IMG/VR virus record: IMGVR_UViG_3300046468_001198
From: an uncultured virus (IMG/VR IMGVR_UViG_3300046468_001198)
Taxonomy: Duplodnaviria; Heunggongvirae; Uroviricota; Caudoviricetes
Reading direction: 5' to 3' (one strand)
DNA: 20,000 nucleotides
In this document: one piece after another, positions 1 through 6,514 of the stretch
Layout: the number at the start of each line of letters is the position of its first letter
Position numbering within the stretch: the first letter of the stretch is position 1
Notes under the pieces: model-generated
Databases searched by the model: none
Told to the model about the DNA's origin: nothing
What the model saw: only the letters and a program-made list of their open reading frames with translations
Position numbers and translations under genes: made by a program

Positions 1-981
1 AGGCTTACTGACTTTAGATGTTGCAAGCCAACCTGCAAAGTCTTGTGCTAAGTTTTTAATACCTGAATCAACTCTTGAATTCATATAGGTATAAAATATT
101 TGTGACAAGTCTGATAGTCCTTGTCTCTTTTCAAGTATAGCATCAATTGAAGGACCGTGCTTTGTTACCATTGCTTGTAATGTTTTAAGTTGTGAGTCGT
201 CAACACTTGGCGGTTCTTGTGCTACTACCGGTGGCAACACTAATACTTCATTACCTTGAAATATGTTTGTATCTCTTAATGGTCCTTCAGCACCTGATAT
301 GTCTGCTTCTCTATGTATAACAATTCCAGTCTTGCTCATTCCAATACGCTTGCCAATGTCACTGTCTTGTTTTACTGAATAAGTTACAATGTTTGGCGTA
401 AACACATAATGCCCGTCTTGTATTTCAGGTGTGTTAAAATATAACAAGTCACCTTTAAAGAATCCTCTGTAGTCTTTAGGAACTGCTTTTTCATACTCGT
501 CGTACACGTCTACCATGTTAGCAATGAATGGGCCATACCCTTCTGGATTCTTTGCATAGCCTGGACGGTTCTTTAACATCTGTGCTAGTTCTTTTGCTGA
601 TTTGGCTTTGCCATCGTATCCTTTTGCACTGAAGCCTGACTTATCTGTAAAAACAAAGTTACCATCTGCGTCACGTCCAAATATTACAGCCGGTGAGCCG
701 TCCCATTTAATTGTTACATCTTTATGTGAACCTTGTTCTAAACTTTTTAAACTTTCAATAGCACGTACTGCACCTTGCGATCCTTCACGGAAAACTAAGT
801 CTTCCATGTGTTGTATACGAGCTTCTGCTTCGTTGACTATTGCTTCGCCTACTAGTTTATCTTGTAGTGGATGCTTTTTACGTCCTGGTGTTGCTTTTGG
901 CATTGGATCTTTGCCTTTGGCTTGTCCTGCACTGCCAGTTTTTTGCTTACGTTCTACAAGTTTAAAATCTGTGTATCTCAT
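1..981 (-). CDS. Phage protein with RNA-ligase-like KxDG motif (DUF6267-like); 3' end runs off the window
   Basis: Not in the ORF track. ATG at 981 overlaps the upstream TAA (TAATG) and the frame is open to base 1. Translation: MRYTDFKLVE...RIQHMEDLVF...VTIKWDGSPAVIFGR...FVFTDKS...FFKGDLLY...FTPNIVTY...GIVIH. These motifs match the T4-like marine phage family I recall as DUF6267. Confidence 0.7.
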   Translation of the reverse strand, partial: MRYTDFKLVERKQKTGSAGQAKGKDPMPKATPGRKKHPLQDKLVGEAIVNEAEARIQHMEDLVFREGSQGAVRAIESLKSLEQGSHKDVTIKWDGSPAVIFGRDADGNFVFTDKSGFSAKGYDGKAKSAKELAQMLKNRPGYAKNPEGYGPFIANMVDVYDEYEKAVPKDYRGFFKGDLLYFNTPEIQDGHYVFTPNIVTYSVKQDSDIGKRIGMSKTGIVIHREADISGAEGPLRDTNIFQGNEVLVLPPVVAQEPPSVDDSQLKTLQAMVTKHGPSIDAILEKRQGLSDLSQIFYTYMNSRVDSGIKNLAQDFAGWLATSKVSKP

Positions 982-1886
982 TAACAAATCATCCTTGTAC
1001 TGTTTAACAAGGTACCACTTAGTTCTTTAATACGCTCAAGTTGTACATCAGCTAAACTTTCTTGTTTAACTAAATCATCTGGCACGCCAATGTCTTGCAC
1101 TTGTTTATTATCTGCAAAACTATCTAAAATCTTTTCAACCATCTCCGGTGCATAATTTTTTTCAATTGCGGCTTTTAAACTTTCGTATGAGTTTAAATCT
1201 TCTGGTCCGTTAAGACCTAATGCTTTTGCAATTTCTGGTGCTGTTTGAATTGGATTCCCAATTACTGTGTTTAAATTTGCTTTTGTATACCCGTCGCCCT
1301 TTGCTTTAGGTTTTGGTACACGTTTAATTCTTACTAAGCCTTTGTCTGGTGCCCACATCCAACGCTCTACTTCTACAGGACGACCATCGTCAATCTTTTC
1401 TTCTGATGCATCACGTTGGTAAATTGCACAAATAGTAGCAATCATAATGTTACGGAACACACCTTTGTATTTGCTTTCGTCGGCACTTGGTGAGTGGTAA
1501 TAAGTTTTCATCCAACCTGGGTCGCCTGGCATAAAGTCTACCTGTACTGTGCCTGTTCGCTCGCCGTGTTTTGGATCATCACTTTGTTTGTTAGGATCAA
1601 ACCCAATAATATCAACACTTGTCATTATAATACTAGTTTTTTGAAGAGCTTTAATTAATGAACTAGCTTCTAACTTTTTAATTAGTTCTGGAATATCTTC
1701 TGGTGCAACTTGTATGGCAACATCAATGTCGCCGCTGAATTCTTTCTTTCCAACACTACCTAGAACATTGTTCTTTAGGTCAATACCTAAATCTTTTTCT
1801 AGTGCGTCAAGAGTAGGATTAATTTCATCTATATGAATTGGTCCTACATTAGGCATAGATCCGCCTTCTAGCAATTTATTGGTCAT
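981..1886 (-). CDS. Pol-beta-fold nucleotidyltransferase-like phage protein
   Basis: NVLGSVGKKEFSGDIDVAI fits hG[GS]x(n)DxD, with a third acidic residue in VQVDFM. I prefer the start at 1886 (MTNKLLEGG) over 1901. Confidence 0.65.
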   Translation of the reverse strand: MTNKLLEGGSMPNVGPIHIDEINPTLDALEKDLGIDLKNNVLGSVGKKEFSGDIDVAIQVAPEDIPELIKKLEASSLIKALQKTSIIMTSVDIIGFDPNKQSDDPKHGERTGTVQVDFMPGDPGWMKTYYHSPSADESKYKGVFRNIMIATICAIYQRDASEEKIDDGRPVEVERWMWAPDKGLVRIKRVPKPKAKGDGYTKANLNTVIGNPIQTAPEIAKALGLNGPEDLNSYESLKAAIEKNYAPEMVEKILDSFADNKQVQDIGVPDDLVKQESLADVQLERIKELSGTLLNSTRMIC

Positions 1887-2139
1887 TGTGTTTGTTCTCA
1901 ATTACTTTTGTAATACTACGTTTAAATTTACGTGGATCGCCTGTTCTAATACTATTTAGAAAACGTCTTTCTAATTCACTTGCTGTATCTGCATCATAAG
2001 TTTTTGAAATCTTATTTAAAAGATTAATAGCACTTTCAATGATGTTGCTTCCACTTGCTTCTATCAAATGGTCTTGACTTCTACGAGAACGATCTAAATT
2101 GTTCAGTTCTTCAAGTATGCTTCTAGTACGTTTTCTCAT
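1876..2139 (-). CDS. Conserved-looking hypothetical phage protein (87 aa)
   Basis: Clean ORF with a GGAG SD and a TAAATA box upstream (2160-2165, minus strand); overlaps the next gene. Confidence 0.75.
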   Translation of the reverse strand: MRKRTRSILEELNNLDRSRRSQDHLIEASGSNIIESAINLLNKISKTYDADTASELERRFLNSIRTGDPRKFKRSITKVIENKHNDQ

Positions 2140-2225
2140 ATCTCTACTCTCCGTATTACTATTTAGCGTTCAAATTAATAAATATTGCAGTACATGAGTT
2201 AACTTGTACTATATGAGGGAGTATT

Positions 2226-2987
2226 ATGTCAATTACAAACATGAATTTTAAACAGCGTTCCTTGTTGTTTGCCGAACTAAGTGCATTAGCTTATAATAAT
2301 AACACATCTGATGTTAAAAAGCAAGCAAAAAAGTTAGGTTTTACAACAATTGAATTTTATAATAAGGAAGGTGCCCAGGCATATCGCTTTATGAACAAAG
2401 AAGATTTAGTCATAGCGTGTCGCGGAACCCAACCTGCAGAGTTTAATGATATTAAAGCAGACTTAAAAGCATTTCCTGTTATTGCCGAAACTGTAAGCAG
2501 AGTCCATAGAGGATTCAAAGACGAAGTAGATGATCTTTGGCCTATGATATGTGAAGACATCAATCGTAAAGTAAACTTAGGCAAGAAGTTATGGATGTGT
2601 GGTCATAGTTTAGGAGCGGCAATGGCGACTATTATGGCTAATCGTTGCGAGTGTGATAGTAATCTAAATGACCCAGAAGAGCTTTATACTTATGGTAGTC
2701 CAAGAGTAGGTTGGCCAACATATGTTAAGAGCTTTGGTACTGTGCATCATCGTTGGAAGAACAATAATGACATTGTCACTACTGTTCCTCTTACTGTTAT
2801 GGGTTACAGACACTGCGGCAATGAACACTATCTAAATGCCTATGGCAAGTATAGAAAGCCTACTGGTTGGCAACGCTTTAAGGACAAGTGGCGTGGTATA
2901 TGGATGGGCCTAAAGCAAGGTAAGATAGATAGCTTTGGTGATCATTCAATGACTGAGTACATTAAACATATTAAACAAATAGACTAG
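2226..2987 (+). CDS. Class 3 lipase (alpha/beta hydrolase)
   Basis: Motifs ACRGT, VHRGF, GHSLGAA (nucleophile elbow), YTYGSPRVG, NDIVT.VP and C-terminal DHSM; SD GAGGGAG. Confidence 0.9.
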   Translation: MSITNMNFKQRSLLFAELSALAYNNNTSDVKKQAKKLGFTTIEFYNKEGAQAYRFMNKEDLVIACRGTQPAEFNDIKADLKAFPVIAETVSRVHRGFKDEVDDLWPMICEDINRKVNLGKKLWMCGHSLGAAMATIMANRCECDSNLNDPEELYTYGSPRVGWPTYVKSFGTVHHRWKNNNDIVTTVPLTVMGYRHCGNEHYLNAYGKYRKPTGWQRFKDKWRGIWMGLKQGKIDSFGDHSMTEYIKHIKQID

Positions 2988-3930
2988 ACACAGACTCTTC
3001 GTTTGTAACTCGTCTAATTGCTTCACCAAACAAAGGCGCGACACTAACCTGTCGTGTCTTTTTGCAATTCTTAGGACAGCGATCGGCAATTGAATCAGTT
3101 ACTACTAATTCATCTAGAACACTCTTCTCAACTTTTTGACATGCTTCGCCTGACAGTACTCCGTGTGTAATATATGCACGAACTGAAAGAGCACCTGCTT
3201 TCATAATTGCTTCTGCGGCTTTACACAATGTACCTCCGCTATCAATAATGTCATCAACTAGAATGGCGTGTTTACCTTCAACATCGCCGATCAAGTTCAT
3301 AACTTCGCTCTTGCCTGCTTCAGGACGCATCTTGTCAACAATAGCAATGTCGCCATTAAACATATCAGCAAACTTTCTAGCACGAACTGCGCCACCTGCA
3401 TCTGGTGATACAAACACTGTACCTTGTTGCTCAACATCTGGGTCATCAATAATCCCAATTGAACGTCTAATGTCTTTAGCAAACACTACACGGCTTGTTA
3501 AATCATCCACTGGGATGTCAAAGAAACCCTGTATCTGTCCTGCGTGTAGATCCATTGTAAGAATTCTATCTGCACCTGCTGTTACCAACAAATTAGCAAC
3601 CAACTTTGCTGTAATAGGAGTACGACTTGCACTCTTACGATCTTGTCTTGCGTAACCAAAGTAAGGAATAACTGCTGTGATACGACTTGCACTTGATCTA
3701 CGTGCCGCATCAATCATAATCAACAGTTCCATTAAACTGTCATTAACAGGAGTTGCTGTACTCTGCACAATAAACACATCTTCGCCACGTATGTTTTCAT
3801 TAAACTCTACACTCGACTCGCCATCAGCAAAAGTTGATACTGTTGCTGGAACTAGAGTTGCGAAGCAATGCTCGGCAATCTCTTGCGCTAATTGAGGATT
3901 AGCATTTCCTGTTATTATTTTCATTTTCAA
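2971..3930 (-). CDS. prs: Ribose-phosphate pyrophosphokinase (PRPP synthetase)
   Basis: Motifs FADGE, YFGYARQDRK, DLHAGQIQGFF, VSPDAGG and the PRPP loop VDDIIDSGGT. The start may be the ATG at 3924. Confidence 0.97.
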   Translation of the reverse strand: MKMKIITGNANPQLAQEIAEHCFATLVPATVSTFADGESSVEFNENIRGEDVFIVQSTATPVNDSLMELLIMIDAARRSSASRITAVIPYFGYARQDRKSASRTPITAKLVANLLVTAGADRILTMDLHAGQIQGFFDIPVDDLTSRVVFAKDIRRSIGIIDDPDVEQQGTVFVSPDAGGAVRARKFADMFNGDIAIVDKMRPEAGKSEVMNLIGDVEGKHAILVDDIIDSGGTLCKAAEAIMKAGALSVRAYITHGVLSGEACQKVEKSVLDELVVTDSIADRCPKNCKKTRQVSVAPLFGEAIRRVTNEESVSSLFV

Positions 3931-3970
3931 ACGGTGGTCCCTTCTAGGTTAAAAGTTATATTATTGTTAG

Positions 3971-3999
3971 AGTATATATGACTTTGATACTTTTGTCAA
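3971..3999 (-). promoter_or_regulatory. Sigma70-type promoter for prs
   Basis: Minus strand TTGACA (3999-3994), 17 nt, TATACT (3976-3971). Confidence 0.75.
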
Positions 4000-4002
4000 G
4001 AG

Positions 4003-4029
4003 AAAAGGTGAAGCCGTCGAACCTCACCT
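4003..4029 (-). terminator. Intrinsic terminator after the PiT-like gene
   Basis: Minus strand GGTGAGGT-TCGACG-GCTTCACC followed by TTTT, just after the stop codon. Confidence 0.65.
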
Positions 4030-4037
4030 CCCTTATT

Positions 4038-5009
4038 TTATAATCCGTTTGGTAGGATTACATAGTGTATGGCAAGTACCAGTGCAACTGATGCACCTAA
4101 CCCTACCATCATCTTACCAAAGTCTTTTGCCACAAGTGGAAAGATAGACTTTGTTTTTTGCTTACCAAAGTAAGTAGCCATTGCTAGTTCTCTACCTGCA
4201 AGTAAGCCTACGAACACCCACGTTGTTGACATAGGAATATCATTAAGCTCTTTAAAGAAGTACAAGCACATCCAATAGAACAAGTCAATCAATGTTGCTG
4301 ACCGAACATATCGTGTGTTGTGTTTCTCTAAAACGATCTGCTGTATGCGACCGCCTTTTTCTCTAAACATAAAGAACAAGCCTGCAACAAATACTACACT
4401 GATCATTAACATTAGATCAACTGGAATAACTCTTGGAAGGAACACTGCTATGTTAGCCATATCGTGCGACAACCAAGTCCACCATAGTCCGCCTGTTGCT
4501 ACCCATTGGGCGATGCGCCAGAACCGTTTGTTGCCTTCGTCTACAGGTTTTGTTTCGTCATACCATTGTCCAAAGTACTTGTGTATTGCAAACCATATAA
4601 AGTATGCAAATGCGGCCGCAACACCGTAGCCCATAATCGATTTCATAAGCATTTTCTCCAACACAAAAGTTGAAGCAAATACTGATAACACCAAGAACGA
4701 TGTTGACACTGGTACACCTATTCGCGTTAGTGCAACTAGGATTGCTGGTGCGGCGGCGTGATACCATTGTACCTCTTGCCAGGGTATTTTGTTTAGTCTT
4801 CCGTAACTGATGTCTCCACCATTTACTGTCCAACCATACCATAAGGTTGCAAGTAACACTGCACTTGCGGCTCCCCATAATACTTTGTAGTTGAATCGCT
4901 CATTGTTTGATGCCATCCAAGTACCGAGCGTTTGTACTGAATCATTTGCAATAACCGCGTATGCGGCTAACAGGAACCCGACTAGGCTCCATAAGGTGAG
5001 TGCGTCCAT
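4038..5009 (-). CDS. Multi-pass membrane protein with PiT/PHO4-like (inorganic phosphate transporter) signatures
   Basis: Many TM segments. Two internal repeats resemble PiT motifs: VIANDSVQT...GVPVSTSF and SHDMANIA...IPMSTTWVFVG (cf. GANDVANA / LPVSTTH). SD AGAGGAG. The substrate is inferred. Confidence 0.65.
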   Translation of the reverse strand: MDALTLWSLVGFLLAAYAVIANDSVQTLGTWMASNNERFNYKVLWGAASAVLLATLWYGWTVNGGDISYGRLNKIPWQEVQWYHAAAPAILVALTRIGVPVSTSFLVLSVFASTFVLEKMLMKSIMGYGVAAAFAYFIWFAIHKYFGQWYDETKPVDEGNKRFWRIAQWVATGGLWWTWLSHDMANIAVFLPRVIPVDLMLMISVVFVAGLFFMFREKGGRIQQIVLEKHNTRYVRSATLIDLFYWMCLYFFKELNDIPMSTTWVFVGLLAGRELAMATYFGKQKTKSIFPLVAKDFGKMMVGLGASVALVLAIHYVILPNGL

Positions 5010-5081
5010 TAGTTTCTCCTCTGCTTGACGGCTTTACCCCGTCGCTCACATAATAAGGTAGGCTCGACGTTGCCTACTGAT

Positions 5082-5115
5082 TATTTATAATACAAAACTA
5101 TTTGTAAAATGTCAA
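5082..5115 (-). promoter_or_regulatory. Composite sigma70 + T4-type late promoter for the PiT-like gene
   Basis: Minus strand TTGACA (5115-5110), 17 nt, TATTAT (5092-5087), overlapping a perfect TATAAATA (5089-5082). Confidence 0.7.
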
Positions 5116-5125
5116 CCGAAGATGG

Positions 5126-5192
5126 TATGCACAATATGCATAACGAGTATTTGAAAAATGCATTTGATTTATGCTCAAATAGACGTTATAAT
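5126..5192 (+). promoter_or_regulatory. LysR-type dyad pair plus sigma70 promoter for the small-protein operon
   Basis: Perfect dyad TATGCA-CAATA-TGCATA (5126-5142, T-N11-A). A degenerate copy ATTTG-AAAAA-TGCAT lies 22 bp later (5149-5163) and abuts TTGATT (5164-5169), 17 nt, TATAAT (5187-5192). Confidence 0.65.
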
Positions 5193-5217
5193 AAAGTTAC
5201 TTTTAATAAATAAGAGT

Positions 5218-5365
5218 GAATAGGGCAGTAGTGCTGTACTATTCGACACACATAGACACATTGGATAGACAATGCGGATTATCCATCCGTTACAAGCGAT
5301 TGACGGCTACCAAAGGTAGTTGCACCGCCGGGGAAGTTCCGGGGTATTGCTTTCCTCAAGCATCC
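5218..5365 (+). ncRNA. Candidate structured 5' leader or sRNA (five hairpins)
   Basis: No credible ORF and locally GC-richer. Stems at 5218-5244, 5262-5290, 5296-5328, 5328-5342 and 5348-5362. No RNA family recognised. Confidence 0.5.
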
Positions 5366-5390
5366 TAAAAACTTTATCAAGGAGAAAAAA

Positions 5391-5567
5391 ATGTTAAAAG
5401 CATTGAATGGCCTTGTGAGTTTACTTGGAAACCCACTTCCGACTAGGAAGTTTGAAAAAGAGATGCTCACTTACGCCAAAACAGAGTACGGAAAAGATTG
5501 GCAGTATGCCTATTCTTATATGCTATCGCACAACGGCCGCGGCCCAAGAGCGGGAGTATACAACTAA
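5391..5567 (+). CDS. Small protein, 58 aa (MLKALNG...MLTYAKTEYGKDWQYAYSYM...GVYN)
   Basis: Below the track cutoff. Strong SD AAGGAG (5379-5384); its TAA overlaps the next ATG. Confidence 0.8.
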   Translation: MLKALNGLVSLLGNPLPTRKFEKEMLTYAKTEYGKDWQYAYSYMLSHNGRGPRAGVYN

Positions 5568-5827
5568 TGACACAATATGTATTAACAGCATCAAGCTGGA
5601 TTAGTGACGCCTATTGGGGTCTTGTAGATTTAGTTAAACAATGGAGACGCAACAGAGCCCGCAAGGCTATGATTGCAACAACTCGTAGAGAGTTATCCAA
5701 CCTTACTGATCATGAACTACGTGACCTAGGAATAGGTCGAAGCGATATAACAAGTATTGCAAACGGAACCTTTCATGATAACAGAATGAAAGCAAGAACT
5801 AATGCTAACTTAAAAGGATGGGTATAA
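5567..5827 (+). CDS. DUF1127 family small protein (86 aa)
   Basis: WRRNRARK...TRRELSNLTDHELRDLGIGRSDI is the DUF1127 signature. The C-terminal NANLKGWV resembles Rhodobacteraceae versions as I recall them. True start is the ATG at 5567 (TAATG overlap), not 5498. Confidence 0.92.
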   Translation: MTQYVLTASSWISDAYWGLVDLVKQWRRNRARKAMIATTRRELSNLTDHELRDLGIGRSDITSIANGTFHDNRMKARTNANLKGWV

Positions 5828-6024
5828 TGACTGCGGCAACTATTAGAGACAACACTTGGAACTTTACTTGTAAGACTTGTGTAGTTTTACGAAACACATT
5901 AATTGCAATATGGGTCGGCTTTATTGCATTTGGTGAATCAGCAGGCAGAGCGAGAGCGGCCTCTGAACTATCACGCATGGGTATGCACAAAGAAGCCAAA
6001 GCTCTTATGTTGGAGAAACGCTAA
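5827..6024 (+). CDS. Small protein, 65 aa (…GRARAASELSRMGMHKEAKALM…)
   Basis: ATG at 5827 overlaps the previous TAA; SD-like AAAGGA upstream. Confidence 0.8.
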   Translation: MTAATIRDNTWNFTCKTCVVLRNTLIAIWVGFIAFGESAGRARAASELSRMGMHKEAKALMLEKR

Positions 6025-6158
6025 TGTGGAAACGGTTTATTAAAGCAATGGAATACAGAAGTTACTGTATGGCGATAAGAGAACTAAGAAGCAGAGGCTA
6101 TTATGAAAAAGCCAACGAGATATCTGAGTTTAAACATAAAGTATACGGAACATTTTAA
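6024..6158 (+). CDS. Small protein, 44 aa (MWKRFIKAMEYRSYCMAIRELRSRGYYEKANEISEFKHKVYGTF)
   Basis: Not in the track. TAATG overlaps at both ends; GGAG SD upstream. Confidence 0.7.
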   Translation: MWKRFIKAMEYRSYCMAIRELRSRGYYEKANEISEFKHKVYGTF

Positions 6159-6229
6159 TGTGGCCTTATACTGAAGAAGAAAACGATTTCTTAAACAGAA
6201 AAATAATAGATAAAAAGGGCGGCAAGTAG
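6158..6229 (+). CDS. Micro-ORF, 23 aa (MWPYTEEENDFLNRKIIDKKGGK)
   Basis: Fourth consecutive TAATG overlap; the stop lies in the loop region of the terminator hairpin. Confidence 0.5.
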   Translation: MWPYTEEENDFLNRKIIDKKGGK

Positions 6230-6239
6230 TCGCCCTTTT
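6213..6239 (+). terminator. Intrinsic, possibly bidirectional, terminator
   Basis: AAAAGGGCGGC-AAGTA-GTCGCCCTTTT. Confidence 0.8.
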
Positions 6240-6257
6240 ACCACACACAGAGGACTT

Positions 6258-6380
6258 ATGAAAAACTTACTTGAAAACTTAATAGCACGATGCGACGGCG
6301 AACTATGTGACAACATAGGCTTTAGTCTACTTGCTATTTTTTGTGTCAGTGTTATGTACATATCACTTAGTCAAATCTAA
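6258..6380 (+). CDS. Small single-TM protein, 40 aa (MKNLLENLIARCDGELCDNIGFSLLAIFCVSVMYISLSQI)
   Basis: Not in the track. SD AGAGGA preceded by a CA tract; hydrophobic C-terminal half. Confidence 0.65.
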   Translation: MKNLLENLIARCDGELCDNIGFSLLAIFCVSVMYISLSQI

Positions 6381-6381
6381 G

Positions 6382-6458
6382 TGTTGTAATACTGCTACAA
6401 ATTTACACAGTTTACGCTAACAGGGTTGACTATGCCTGTGTTCTCTGCTATATATAAT
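6382..6458 (+). promoter_or_regulatory. TGT-N12-ACA box and sigma70 promoter upstream of pseudoazurin
   Basis: TGTTGTAATACTGCTACA (6382-6399); TTGACT (6426-6431), 17 nt, TATATA (6449-6454) with an extended TG, and TATAAT at 6453-6458. Confidence 0.55.
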
Positions 6459-6514
6459 ACACGCTACAAATTCTTGTAGCATACTACACATATACACAAA
6501 GAAAGAAAACACAA

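Noticed and set aside
602..1030. 142-aa plus-strand ORF in the track
   Set aside because: Antisense shadow of the motif-bearing minus-strand gene 1-981, which the track missed because it runs off the window.
2971..3930. prs as the Adps component of the NARP1 NAD+ reconstitution anti-defence pathway
   Set aside because: The sequence looks like a canonical class I Prs, and no nicotinamide phosphoribosyltransferase-like (Namat) partner is adjacent in this window.
5164..5178. TTGATTTATGCTCAA as an FNR/FnrL box
   Set aside because: The spacing is one base too long and the right half-site does not match ATCAA; it is better explained as the -35 element.
5025..5308. Direct repeat TTGACGGCT at 5025 and 5300 (also near 6989)
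   Set aside because: Only 9 bp, irregularly spaced, with one copy inside a CDS; not a CRISPR or repeat array.
5218..5390. Known riboswitch (SAM-II/V, SAM-SAH, glycine, cobalamin, c-di-GMP) or tRNA
   Set aside because: I could not match the conserved cores of these families or a cloverleaf/T-loop by eye; left as an unassigned RNA candidate.
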